From the NCBI RefSeq assembly GCF_006345805.1, contig NC_042998.1, positions 157,976,001 through 158,040,000 of the forward strand: a stretch of 64,000 bases of DNA. The letters run 5' to 3'. This stretch comes from Octopus sinensis (Eukaryota). Positions 50,701 through 64,000 of this stretch are shown one piece after another; within the stretch, counting starts at the first letter, position 1, and each line of letters starts with the position of its first letter. The translations under genes and the position numbers were made by a program. Below the pieces are notes generated by a model. The model was given only the letters and a program-made list of their open reading frames with translations. It did not search any database and was not told where the DNA came from.

Positions 50701-51935
50701 CGTTCTACCACAAGCACTAAGTGTTTTCAATTGAAAACTCCAACAGTTAAGTTATTCAACAGTTTAACAAGAAACAGCAGTTATTAACAATATTAACACC
50801 AAGAAACAGCAATTCTTACCAGGAACGCATGTGCGGCAGACGAAATACGGCTACGCATTTCGCCCGGCGTGCTAACGTTTCTGCCAGCTCGCCGCCTTCG
50901 GCCTTATGTATATTGTTCAACTACAACCGTAGTTGAATGATGTACATATATATATACATACATCTATATATTATTGTTCCAAATACTTCATCCGGCGTGA
51001 GATTAGATATCATTTATACACACAATATTTAAATATGAGCTACTAATAGTTTCACGACGTAGAAAAACAATAACTTTTCAGGTTTATATTGCGTGCCTTG
51101 TATCTTCAAGCAATCCTTCAAGTTAAACACACATGGATGGTTTTTATTTTTCTTTGTCATGATATGAACACATATCATTGAATTTGGTGGACTACTATAA
51201 TTAAAGCACATTCTGGAAAAATGATAGCGATTTATTTTTACACTATACTTATTTTTGTGCATAATATTAAAATCAACTCTGCTTATATTAAGCAAATGTT
51301 CTTTATTGGAATAATTGTTTTATCAAGAAATAATTTATCTCTGAATGATATTGATTTTCGTATATTTTCATCTGTTGATATAGAGATTTCCTTTTAACTA
51401 TTTATAACAATTACGCATACCATTATTAGGTCTATAATTCCAAGAAAGCTATACTTCAAAGCTTCCTTCTCTTCTTGCCCATTTTCGGTGTTGTTTTGAT
51501 AGTGTCCTTCTTCACTGTTGTTGGTGTTGGTGTGTGTAACCATAGTGACAGTACCAATTGTAGCAGCAGATCAATTCATGTTGTATTCAACTTGAAGATA
51601 AATATTCCTACGATCATGAATAAAGGTTTCTTTAATGATTTCGAGCAAAAGAATAACCAGTTATTTAACAAGGACGATAGATACTGCATTAATGTTAGAG
51701 ATAGTATTCATAGCAAATTCAATGAATAGGTTCCTAACCCCAGCATGAGTTTATTCATGAAGAATTTTGGTGTATGTACGCATGCATTTTGTATGTATAT
51801 ATGCATATACCCATAAATATATATATGTGTCTATGCATGTAAAATACAAACATAATCTTAGTAGATGTAGTAAAAGAAGAAAATGGTAGGGTAGTATACA
51901 CAGACATATGTGTGTGTGTTTTTACTTTTTCATAG

Positions 51936-51975
<40 letters not shown>

Positions 51976-52214
51976 GTACTAATATGTATATTTGTGCATG
52001 TATGTGTGCGTATGTATGCGTGTGTGTTAGATTCAAGATGTATGCAGTTAGCTGTTTTTATTTCAATGTATCTATTCAAAGATATAAATATTTCCTATGC
52101 CTTTGATAGATATTTCCTTGCAACTGCGAAATAGCTTTCGATTTCTTTACATTTAAGCACACACACACATATACACACACATACACACACACACACACAC
52201 GTATGTATGTATAC

Positions 52215-52372
52215 AACAGGCTACTTTTAGTTTCCGTCAAACCCACAGACAAGGCTTTGATGGGCCCGAAACTATAATAGAAGACACTTGCCCACAGCAC
52301 CATTCAGTGGGACTGAATCCGACACTCTGTGCTTGAGAAGAAAACTTCTTACCGCACAGTCACTCCTGTGCC
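52215..52372 (-). mobile_element. Family B SINE 5' half
   Basis: Reverse complement of the head at 7008-7090. Confidence 0.7.
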
Positions 52373-53009
52373 TAATATCGAATATCAAAATCCCGAAGTA
52401 AAAATTGTGAATCTGAACATTTAAGTTGCAGCACAAGACTTCAAATACTATTTAACTATCTGAGTTTTTTTCTTTTATAAAACTTTATATAATTTTATTT
52501 TAATTTACTTCATCTTATTTAGTACCCCCTCCTCGCATACAACCTTGTATTACTCTAGGATATTCATGTTTCACTGAGAGGTTCTATCACATGCGAAAAA
52601 TGAAGAGAGTCATCCCATTAAATGTGTAATTTGACCAAATAAGAACTACCTCATATAGAACTGTAACTAATGATGACGTATTAGACAAGAGAAGAATTGA
52701 AAACGTGAAATGTTTCATAAATGGAATAACGGAAATTATAATGCGTGAACACATTGATTAACGTGCATCTATATGGAAAGAGGGTTAATTTGTAAAAGTG
52801 ATAGAACTTTCTGTGCATAAAGTTGGAATCTTTTCGGAATGGCAGTTGAGTAATGCAGTTTAGCAAAATTTCAGAGGTTATTCTCTCTCTTATACTTAAG
52901 ATGTAGAAAGTATACCTCATTTGTAAAGATGTATTTTACTTTTAACCAAGCTAAAGTAATTTGCTTCTGTTATAGTTTCTAAAGTTGTGTGTTTACAAAT
53001 ATAAACTGA

Positions 53010-53330
53010 ATATGAAAGTGATTAAAGTGTTGGGCTTACAACCATAAGGTAGTGAATTCGATTCCCGGACCGGGCTTTGAGTTCTGTTCATGAGCAAAAC
53101 GCTTTAATTAACGCTGCTTTAGTTCATTCAGCTGTAGGAATGAGTTGCGACGTCACTAGTGCCAAGCTATATCGGCCTTTGCTTTTCCCTTGGATAATAT
53201 CAGTGGCGTGAAGAGGGGCAGCTGGTATGAATAGACAACTGCTGATCTTCCATATACAAACTCTCCCGGATTTGCACCTCGGAGAGAAAGTTTCGTGGTG
53301 CATCCCATGGTCAGTTATGACACTTTAGTT
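53010..53330 (+). mobile_element. tRNA-derived SINE with a core-like central domain
   Basis: B-box-like gaattcgattccc, then gagcaaaacgcttt...gttcattcagctgtaggaatgagt. Confidence 0.6.
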
Positions 53331-54039
53331 TCAAAAAACGAGTAAACTTTTGAGTTATTGCTAGTGGAAACAATATTAGCGCACCTATCCTTAGCTATGA
53401 TGCAATTAATTTCAAGTGAGCAGTTACAGAGCTCAAAGCAGATAGTCCTGATTTATATGTTGCAGACCAAATGGTTTTGATATGACTACTAACTTTTAAT
53501 ATATTATGCTCAGTGTTTTTACTTACGGTCTAGTTATTTTTATACTTTAGGAGAAAATTATTGTAAATTGCGTTAAAGCCATTTCAGCCAATGACGTAAG
53601 GACAATGATTACGTAAGGGAATATCAATTTGTTTCTTTACATATATTAGCAGCAAAAGTTAGGTATTGTCATGTAATAGATTCTACACCTCAAGCCCATT
53701 TTGACCACGGCTCCATTGTATCAGTGAGATGCACTGTGAAAAATATACTAATTATTCGAAAGTTTGGAAATCCCTACTCATATGTTTGAGTTACACACAT
53801 AAACACACATCCGTATAAACTTCTAATCACCAAATAACAGAAGCAAAAAGAGTGAGATTCACAAAAACAGTTTTAGTTTCTTTATCAATTTTCTTCTAAA
53901 GTTGCTGCTGCTGGTGATGATGATGATGATGATGTTGATGGCAGCAGTAATTAGGGTGATGGAAAAACAATAAACAATAAGCAACAAAACCTCAGGTGGT
54001 AACACGATAGTCGGGAATATTGGGATGTAGTGTGGATAT

Positions 54040-54250
54040 TCTTTTACTTGTTTCAGTTATTTTGACTGTGGTCATGCTGGAGTATCACCTTTTAGTCGAA
54101 GAAATCAACCCCTGGAAATATTCTTTGTAAGCCCGGTACTTATTCTATCAATCGATTGTGCCGAACCGCTAAGTTACGGTGACGTAAAACACACCAAGAT
54201 TGGTTGTTAAGCGATAGTAGAAAGACAAACACAAATATATATATATATAG

Positions 54251-54282
<32 letters not shown>

Positions 54283-54354
54283 ATATATAAAGATATTATT
54301 TACTCTTATTGTATATATATATATATATATGTATATATAAAGATATTATTTACT

Positions 54355-54420
<66 letters not shown>

Positions 54421-54437
54421 AAGATATTATTTACTCT

Positions 54438-54489
<52 letters not shown>

Positions 54490-54517
54490 ATATTATTTAC
54501 TCTTATTATATATATAT

Positions 54518-54555
<38 letters not shown>

Positions 54556-54707
54556 ATAAGAGTAAATAATATGTTTTGCATATGTGAATTACAGGGATAT
54601 GTCGTATGTGGAGTCTCATTTGTAAAAAATAAAAATAAACAGTCTTTGACTGCTATTTCTAATCTTTCGGTATGTGGCTAAGCAACCTGTTGCCGGCCTC
54701 TTTTATG

Positions 54708-54752
<45 letters not shown>

Positions 54753-54893
54753 GACAGGCTTCTTTCAGTTTCCTTCACCAAATACACTCGGCTCGAGGCT
54801 ATAGTTGAAGACATTTGCCGAAGGTGCCACGCAGTGGAACTGAATCATGTGGTTGGGAAGCAAGCTTCTTACCACACGGCTATGCCTGCGCCT
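54040..54893 (-). mobile_element. Family B SINE split by an insert of about 450 bp in its AT microsatellite
   Basis: 3' half 54040-54235 and 5' half 54751-54893 are both reverse complements of 7008-7398. Confidence 0.8.
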
Positions 54894-55733
54894 ATAGGTG
54901 AAAGTTATTGGCAACAGAATTATATGGCAAGCTTCAGAGGGATGTTGTAGAGACTGTTAAGGTAGGCTGACACAGGTTAGATGCCAAAATATATCAGTGA
55001 TCTTTGACCCCAGATGTATGTTTGTGTGTGTCTGTGTCTGTGTTTGTATGTGTGTGTGTGTGTCTATGTTTGTATGTGTGCAAGTGTATGCTTGTGTGTG
55101 TTCACTAATAACTAATATTTACCCAGTCCAGCAGCTATTTACAACACCAGTGGCTATTTAGTCATTGTTTCGTATATATCAATAAAGAGGAAATTTGTCT
55201 AAACATGCGTATGTACTTCCTATCGATGGCACGCAAATATTCAGAAATCACGTTATCTAGTAGTTCCACCAACGGCACTGGACATTTATCAGCTATTACT
55301 AATACGTCTGTGCTTTTGAGCTCTATATGTATATAAATGATGCCTTCTGAAGACGAATACAGCTGTGTTGTGGGTTTCCTTTAGTATATCCACGATACTT
55401 GAGATACATAGAGAGTTTTTGGGTACTAATGCTCCTCCCAATGTCAATGATGAATGTTCGTGTGTGTGTGCGTGAACATCTGTTGGTGTGTAACATTTAT
55501 ACAGAGGGTTGTACGTGTATATGTGTGTGTGTATGTTTGTGTTATCACCACAGTTTTCGACTATCCAGGTTAATATACAAGACAGTGGTGGAGCACAGCC
55601 TATAGTAGAACAAGGTACTTCGTAGTGAGATCGTACCTGAATGTACAAGGTAGGTTTAAGTGGAATTTCTTAGCCAAATGCTAATCCTTGCAAATGGTAT
55701 ATTTATTTTAGCCTCTAAATTAAGGGATCAAGA

Positions 55734-55735
<2 letters not shown>

Positions 55736-55767
<32 letters not shown>

Positions 55768-55831
55768 AATTTTAAAAAGACTGACGTAACTCCTCACTAA
55801 GGTAAACAGAGAGAAAATACGAAAAGCGTGA

Positions 55832-55872
<41 letters not shown>
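55736..55872. repeat. Two (TAA)n arrays flanking a 65-bp spacer
   Basis: Visible directly. Confidence 0.9.
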
Positions 55873-57559
55873 CAGAAAATTATGCCAAAAATATTGAAAA
55901 AACGCATATGTTTAAAGATTAAATTCATATATTTTCGGTTGATAAGAAATATCAATGAAGTTTCTTATTTCTGTATGATTTAAAAGAATTGACTGTTTTG
56001 TGGATTTCCAGGGTATAAAATCAATACGCAATAAAATATTTGTGATAACACAGCTTATGCATTTATCCATGCAATAAACATATATTTTTATATCGCATTT
56101 CTTAATGCCTTATATAAAACCATTACCATTGTTAAAATATCGAGTATGCCATCCCTTATAGACTACATGAAAGCTGTAGAATTTGGATAATTTTTTATGC
56201 AATCTGTATTTATGTTTAGATATATTTTCACCTTTACAATGAATGCTCATGTTTTTATCCATGTGTTTCGTACATGAGTAAGAGTGCTACACTTGTGCCT
56301 CGTGATTTCTAGATTATATGTTTGGCATTTATTGCCAGACGGCATGTGATAATTTGGATTCTGTTTAAGCATGTAAATATCAAAATATCATGTGCGTGTA
56401 AATATAAGTATTCGTGTATCTGTCTACCTGTGTGTGTGTGTGTGTGTGTGTGCGCGTATATGCATATATATATATATATATATTTATTTTATTTTATCTA
56501 GTTTCAGCTCACGTGCTGTGGCCATGCTGGGGCACCGCCATATATATATATATGTGAATGCTTGCGTGCGCAAGTGAGTGTGTGTGTACGTGAGTGCATG
56601 TGTGTATATATGTATTGTATATATATGTATATGCATGTATGTGCGAACGTATGTATTTATGTGTGTATGTATGTGTGAGAGTATGTATTCATGTATATAT
56701 GTATGTAATCCGATTTGAAATCTTTCGACGTTTACTAATACTTGAACTGCAATTACAAAACCTCTTCAGATTCACTTTCTCATAAATCTTTTCTTTGAGA
56801 GACTCCAGAATACGATGTATTTATATTTCACTATTTACTTGAAAAATACAAGAATTTCGATTCAAGTTTTCTTTCGATGCTTCATAGATAGATAGATAGA
56901 TAGATATAATGTAGTTTTTTGTTTTCATATAAAGAAATACTTGTAGTAGGAGAAATCGAAGCGAGGACTTTGCTTCCTTAAATGAGTTCCAAATAGGTAA
57001 TCGATAAAAATAATAAACAAAAGCAGAAATTGTAATTTCATTCGGTCTCAAGTTAATAATAGGTTTTTCAGCTTTTTATTTATTTATTTCCGTTGAAGAA
57101 AATCCTTTTACTTTTAATAATAGGAAATTTCAAATTAAAAAATTAGAAATACAATTCACATGCGGCGAATTGTTTAGAACAGTGGGAAAATAATACAAAA
57201 TAATTTTTTCAGACAATCTGCGACTCTGATTTCGAATCCTGGCAATGCTAACTTTGTCTTTCACTGTTTCAGTGGCCGATAAAAAAAAGGTGGTTGACTG
57301 GTGGAAATGCATGAACCAAGACTGAATGCCTCTGTTTTTTTGTTAATTAAGAACAAATTCTTAGGAACCATTTGCGCTGTTGAATTCACCTATTTTCCAG
57401 TTTAATACCTCCACTTTGTTCCTTTTGTGGCTTTAACGGTATTTAGTTTGCAACAACGTTCTGGATAGGTTTCCTCACCACCCACTAATCTCTAAGAACT
57501 TCTAGAATGTCATGTGCACTGGCTTCCCTCCTGACTAAAATATTGCTTTCAAATATTCA

Positions 57560-58190
57560 TTTCTAATCTAGGCAAAAGGCCTGAAATTTTGGGGGAGGGG
57601 GGCCAGTCGTTTAGATCGACCCCAGTATTCAACTTGTACTTAATTTATCTACCCTGAAAGGCAGAGTCGACCTCGGCGGAATTTGAGCTGAGAACGTAAA
57701 ACAGACGAAATACTGCTAAGCATTTTGCTTGTCGTGCTAACGTTTCTGCCAGCTCGCCGCCTTATATTGTTTTCAAATATTTGCACAAGACTAACAATTT
57801 TGGAGGAATGGATAAGTCCACCACAATGATACCAGTGCTGAAGTGGTAGTGACATCATTGATCCCGGAGGGTGAAATGTAAAGTCGATTTCAGCAGAATT
57901 TGAACTCAAAGCATAAGAATGGACGAAAAATAGTCAAGCATTTTGCCAGCGTCCTAACGATTCATCTTCCCCTAATTAAAATATTCGTTTCAAATTTTGG
58001 AACAAGGCCAGCACTTTCGGGGGAGGGGTTAAGATGATTATATTGACCCTAGTATTCAACTGGTACTTATTTTAAAGAATGAAAGGCAAAGTCGACCTTA
58101 GCGGAATTTGAACTCAGATCGTAAAAACGGACGAAATGCCGATAAGTATTTTGCCCGTGTGCTAATGATTCTGTCATCTCCGTCCTGACT
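57560..58190 (-). mobile_element. Three head-to-tail family A SINE copies
   Basis: Units 57560-57763, 57764-57970 and 57980-58190 each align to 1522-1728. Confidence 0.85.
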
Positions 58191-59309
58191 AATATTATTA
58201 TAAATCAGTTCTCATCACTCTCAAACAGGTTGTTATAATAAATTAATTCCAATGTATTTTGCTGGTGATTCCTTGTCAATAGTAAACTACTATAGTATCA
58301 TTTATAACTTTATATTAAATTGGAACAAAGTGTTCGGGTTATGCAAAATTAAGTGAGAAGAATAACGAGTTGATCCTGAGAATCATTGGTTGCTACACTT
58401 CAATTTGATTGCTGTTTCTTTCGTTTAAATTGCATTTCCTTTTGTCTACCGGTGACATAGTTTTAAAAAACATTTAATACACATTTTCAGCACTTAAACG
58501 ACGCGTTTAAAGTTCAAATTTAAGTGAAACATTGAAACAATATTATCTGAAACATTTGTTTATTAAGAGAAAAATTGTGTTGCACGGTCATTCTGAAGGT
58601 TCTAAAAACATCATACACTCCTCTACATTATATATGCTACCCACCACTCTATTCAAGACAGTCAGTGCTCTTTGTTTCATTTAAGTGTGTGATACTTTAA
58701 AGGTGTTCTCAAGCAAGGTAATGTTCTTTAGCTGTGAAAATCGACTAATTTAGTTGCGATACTTACAAAGTGTAACAATTCAATTTATTCAATTAACTTC
58801 AAACCTATACTCCCAAAGGAAAATGCTGTGATTTGTATTAAGAATATTGTCATGTTACGGCAGGAAGTAGTTAATCACATAGATACGACTAATTTATATA
58901 TAGTTCAGATAATGTGAAGTTGGTAAATATTTAAATCAATGAGACACAATAACACAGATGCTAATATTCAATCAATACTTTTAATCATTTTATATTTTTT
59001 TAAATTTTGTATTGGGTTCTATTTATGTTTCTCACTAATTGAAACCGTAGCTAACAAAAAATGCATTTAATTACATGAAAGGGAAATAGAGTTTGATGGC
59101 CTAGTGCCCCAGATTAAATCTCGTGCACAATGAGCACGTAACAATGTATGTACGGCTCACAGACGTAAACACACTAACTCAAGCACACATGTACATAACA
59201 TTCGTCATCTCTCTCTTTAATTCCTTCTATGTTTGTGTATATGCTTGTGTGCGTGTGCATATGTATATATGCATTTATGTATAGTATATTGTGTATGTAT
59301 GTATACATA

Positions 59310-59346
<37 letters not shown>

Positions 59347-60377
59347 GTGGGAGACTTAGAGAAATGAAGAGATAAGGAACATTAATAGACTGTCGATCAA
59401 TAGATTATTAAAAATACATCAGACGATGAATATGCTTTTTACCATACAAATCTGTCTTTTGGTTTACTTCAACATATCATCATATATCTTGTCTTCAACG
59501 TTTTGCGTGTGTTACACTCATTTGAAGGATTATTTTTGAATTACAGCGACAAACATTATACGATTTTGAAGTTGGATTTTAACCATATGTATCTGCGGAT
59601 ATAACTCCAGTTGTAACAGGTTGCTGCATTATTATAATATATTATGAAAAGCTGTTTATTTTAAATGTTATGAAATAGACTTAAATAATATTCATCGTTA
59701 TGTGCAATTTACATCAATGTTAGAATGTTGTAGGTGTTTGCCTTTAATATAGCAGATCTTGTGGGATGGAAATACATCTAGAGTCAGTGCGAACGCGATA
59801 GAAATATATTTTAATGACGGGAAATTTATCATGAAATATGTAGGAAACATTTTTACTGTTTTTTGCTCATAAGCATTTTCCTTTGATAAAAACCAAGGAA
59901 AAATTTGTTCTAAACATTTAATTTCTTCATACTAAATATTCCTTTAAATTATATTATTTGTGAATATTTAGGCTTTTGTGAAATTTTGGGGAAATAAAAT
60001 TTTACAAATTATTGAATTTTTTTCAAGCATTGTTATCTTTATGCATGACACATACATATTTAATGAAAACATTTTCATAAACTCCAGTGTATTACTAGAG
60101 ATCTAGTGCAAAATTAGATGTTATTAAATGTTTCACTCAGCGATTTACTCTTCACTCATCGGCAAAAGAACTGTTACATGACAGCTACAATACTGTTTAG
60201 AGGTTTCGAATTTCCTGCTGTTGCATTTCTTGCTTGACGACCTGGGTTTGCAACGATAGTACTTGAACACGCAACAACTTTTCATTTTACTTTCGTTCCA
60301 TCACTGGCATAAATCTGGTTTTCGTTTTCTTTTTTTCAATACACCTTTTACACTTTAGCTACGGTATGATTAACATT

Positions 60378-60676
60378 GTTGTTGTTGTTTTGTTTGTTCC
60401 TTCTCGAGCCACGCTTGGCTCATAAGGGTCAGTTCCGGTTTTCTTGGCGTATAGGTTCCCCATCCTGGACGGGACGCCGGTCCGTCGCAGGTGAGCTGCA
60501 AGAGGAAAGAGTGAGAGAAAGTTTGGCGAAAGAGCCAGCAGAAGTTCGCCATTACCTTCTGCCGGAACAGCGTGCAGCTTAGGTGTTTCGTTCATAAACG
60601 CACACATCGCCCGGTCTGAGATTTGAACCCGCGCTCCCTCGACTGCGAGTCCGCTGCTCTAATCATGTGCTTCCAC
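60378..60676 (-). mobile_element. Full-length tRNA-derived SINE (family C) with (AAC)n tail and 12-bp TSD
   Basis: TSD atgattaacatt at 60366-60377 and 60677-60688; tRNA-like head with B box gggttcaaatctc. Confidence 0.9.
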
Positions 60677-61304
60677 ATGATTAACATTAAACATGATTAT
60701 CTAAGGTCGTAGCTCTAATATTATTGCGGACAGAAATTACCAAGAGCGCATTTTTTGTACATTTATTATTTTTATGATAATAGTGAGAAAGAAAAACGCA
60801 TAGAATCGTTTGATTAAGCAAAACTAAAACATGAAATATAATTTGAATAAATGCTGAAGAAGACGCTGCTATTAGTCTTAAAATACTGAGACAATTTGCA
60901 TGTGTGCAAAGGGAGCAAACAAATATAGTCGTTCGTAATTACAGTACACGAAAATATTTCCTACCTCCACTCCCTCCTTTTATTCTTATAGTGATTCTTA
61001 CTGATTTTTAGCCCTTGTTCTTCAAAGATTAAATATTCGGTATTCTTCACCATCCTTGCCTTTAATTTGCACATTCCATTTTCTTCTCCCCTTTCTCCTC
61101 CTTATTGTTCTTCATTAATTTCCCCCAATCTCTTTCCTTTATAAGATGCTCACTACTATAATGTCTTTAATCCTAACCCGTTCGATCGAAATCAACCTCT
61201 ATCTGATCGAGCTAGCAAATGGCATCTAGTTGTCAAACAACGATGATAACTACAACAAGGAAAAAAGGGAGGATTCTGAAAATTTCGTTTCCAAACATTC
61301 ACAG

Positions 61305-61421
61305 ATTCCTCTATGTCACGCAATTACAAATAAAGTTTTCTTTTGACTTCGGAGGTCTCCTTAATAAAATGGATACAAATCTTTCCGACCGCTCTTTCAT
61401 AAAAAACATTACAGTGAGAAG
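61305..61421 (+). CDS. Candidate 117-nt symmetric exon (FLYVTQLQIKFSFDFGGLLNKMDTNLSDRSFIKNITVR), gene unknown
   Basis: Acceptor ttcacag|, strong donor AAG|GTAAGA, open phase 2-2 frame in unique sequence. Confidence 0.3.
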
Positions 61422-62974
61422 GTAAGATTGCCTACGATCCTTTAACCTCAAATAAACGGGTCTCTGTTATTTACCTAAAGAATGAAGCCATACTCAGATA
61501 AGAAATATAAATCTATGCAGCCAGGGATTGGTTTAGAAGGAAGATCACTTGATGAACAATATCATATCACTAGCTCCTGTGTTCTGAATTGTGTATGAGT
61601 TGGTTACCCTATTTCTATTTATAGTCTTTTATATAATCGTGCATTCATTGTAGAATTTTTAAAATAGATATTAAATTTTTATTATGTTCATTGTATAAAA
61701 TCTTTTATACAACATTTTTTAAATAGCTTTGTTTTGTCCATCTACACAATTTTATCTACTTTTAGACAAGTATTAAGTGAATCTCTACGTTTTTCTTTCT
61801 TTGCATTTCTATTGTACGTATAAATGGAAGATTTGTAGCAAATAAAGAAATATTAATATTAATGTTCTGAATACGCAGAATCGGAGTCAATTCTATGCTA
61901 TTTATCAATATGCATTGTTATGTTCGCCTTAGAAATTTCACTGCGATTTCGTCTACCGTGTATCGATCCGGGATCAATAAAATAAATACTAAGCAATGCA
62001 GGTCCCGGTCTATTAAATTATATCTTTCCCACCAAATGTGTGACCTCAAGCCGATATAATAAATCATTAGTTTTATCATCGATGATTTTAAGGCGTCAAG
62101 TCTCGGGACCAATGCAATCGGCTAGGCTCTGCCGCAAAATTTCAGGCCTTGTGCCTATAATAGAAAGAATTATTATTGAGGATTTAATCATTATTATTCA
62201 GGTCGGATGGAATGCAGAGGGAGCACAATGTCAGACAATATATCTCATATAGGCATAAAATCTCACAACTTTTCTAGAGAAGCAGCTGTTGAATAAGTTC
62301 AACTAAGTACTTTACCAGAATATAGTTCATCAAATTTGAGGAGTGAAAAGTTATCGGGAGGTATTTTATGAACAACACTATGGACACTACTATCTATCCA
62401 TCACACCACTACTACTAAGATGACGATGACAACGTATTCTACTGTTGCTAATAATAACAGCTGCTAATGATATATTCATTCTCCACGCTTCCAATTAAAT
62501 TAGAGTTCCAATTATTAATGATGCAGTACAATGATAATGGTTTTAGCGCCTTCTATATTTTCATGTTTAAAATATCTGGAGGTGTGGTTGAGCGATGACA
62601 TTTTGAAATAGAGTTAATATTTCAGCACATATCTGGTTGATTTTCAAGAACTTTAGAAGACAAAACCCATTTTATTCGACCTATTTTCATAAGAGTTCGC
62701 TAACAAATTGAGACAATTTCATCTCCAAGAACTTGAACTTTGTAATTCCATTAATCAATAAAAATGGTTTGGTTTGTAAAAATTGCTGGTTTATTGATGT
62801 ACATTTATTCACTTTTTATGATTTAGAATTGTTATCAGAATATCTTATAACGAAGATAACATAATCCACTATCATCATGCTTTTCAACCTAATTGAACAC
62901 TTCCTTATCCACGATAGTTCCTCCCCCAGGGAAAGACTAACACGTATCCCTGTTATATCAAGCTTTTGTGGATC

Positions 62975-63185
62975 ATATTGATGTCAAATTTTGGCACAAG
63001 ATCAGCAATTTCAGGGGAGGGATTAAGTCGATTTCATCGACTGCAGTACTCAACTGGTACTTACTTTATGGACACTGAAAGGATGAAAGATAAAGTGGGC
63101 TCGATAGAATTTTAACTCAGAACACAGAGAATGAAATGCCGCTAAACATTTTGTCCGGCTAACAATTTTCCCAGCTCGCCGCCTT
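62975..63185 (-). mobile_element. Family A SINE
   Basis: Aligns to 1522-1728 and 57560-57763. Confidence 0.85.
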
Positions 63186-64000
63186 AACTTTCGTGAACCA
63201 TATTCAGAATCAAATCTTCACCTCGTACACCGGACCTCACACTAAATTCTATTGATGTACTATATCAGCGCTATAACACCATTTAACAAATAAAAGAACA
63301 TCATTTCATCTCTTTTAACATACTTTTATTTCTCATTTTCTGTCATCTTCATCACTCACTGTATCACAATTCAGAGCGCTCACATTCCCACCATAGCTTA
63401 TTATAAACACGGCGAATCACACTGTTATCTCCAGGTTTTTCTACTACTTAGACTAAAACTGCTATTGCCATCTCACAAATTCTCCACTGCAGTAAAACTT
63501 GGATTTCCTTTCCAAATTCGAGCAAATGCAATATTTCCTCCACCTATAGCATAAATAAGCTTCACAGACTAACGAGCCTAGGCCATTGACAGAAACTCTA
63601 CATATTTACCCCAAATTTATACACAAAAGACAGAATTCCCATTCTACAAAGCTTTACATCTCACTGAGCTTATCAACAAACTATCTACCACAATTTTCAT
63701 TTCATTTCCTTTGACACCACTTACTATCTCTATCTTCTCTCAATCATAGGTTTGTGTTTCAACTAAAAGCATCCCTTCGTTTCTATAATATACAGCCGGG
63801 CAACTTTAAATACTCGTGTTCTCTCTCCTCCGCCACACCCTTTTTTCTTCAATAGCACGTTAATAAGTGGTTCAAATATCAATTCTATGTTACTGATCTC
63901 ACCAAATGTAAATTTTGCAAATTTCGATATATGAACGAAACTAAGCGCAGTCTGTTTCAGGATCATCCATAAGGTGATTTGAATAAAACCCAAAGAATCA

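Noticed and set aside
51475-51729. 84-aa ORF with a hydrophobic N-terminus
   Set aside because: TTG start, no splice support; the opposite strand has Thr/Asn-rich repeat-like composition. Likely a TE UTR or ORF1 remnant.
60610-60676. tRNA-like sequence
   Set aside because: Head of a SINE with body, tail and TSD, not a tRNA gene.
63330-63740. Possible highly decayed RTE-like RT on the minus strand
   Set aside because: Only vague similarity (VVDS-like motif); cannot be supported without an alignment.

Overview
AT-rich, microsatellite-dense metazoan genomic DNA, inferred to be from an octopus. The inference rests on the recurring tRNA-derived SINE families with internal AT/GT microsatellites and on the mix of RTE, R4/Dong, CR1, Tx1, Penelope, Helitron and Tc1/mariner relics. 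No intact, nameable protein-coding gene is visible, and nearly all ORF-track entries are microsatellite translations or broken transposon frames. Best-supported structures: (i) a nested TE cluster at 16.9-25.5 kb, in which an RT-deleted Gypsy LTR element with both LTRs sits inside an R4/Dong LINE whose coding sequence resumes across the insertion, followed by a CR1 relic and two tail-to-tail R4/Dong 3' ends; (ii) several minimal hammerhead-ribozyme motifs of Penelope type at 30-36.5 kb and 48.8 kb; (iii) a composite Helitron with two 5' ends; (iv) several near-perfect inverted repeats; (v) unique-sequence islands with plausible splice sites that may be host exons (8.6-12.4 kb, 40.6 kb, 42.6-43.4 kb, 61.3 kb). 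All calls were made by eye without database searches. Boundaries of degenerate elements are approximate (tens of bp).
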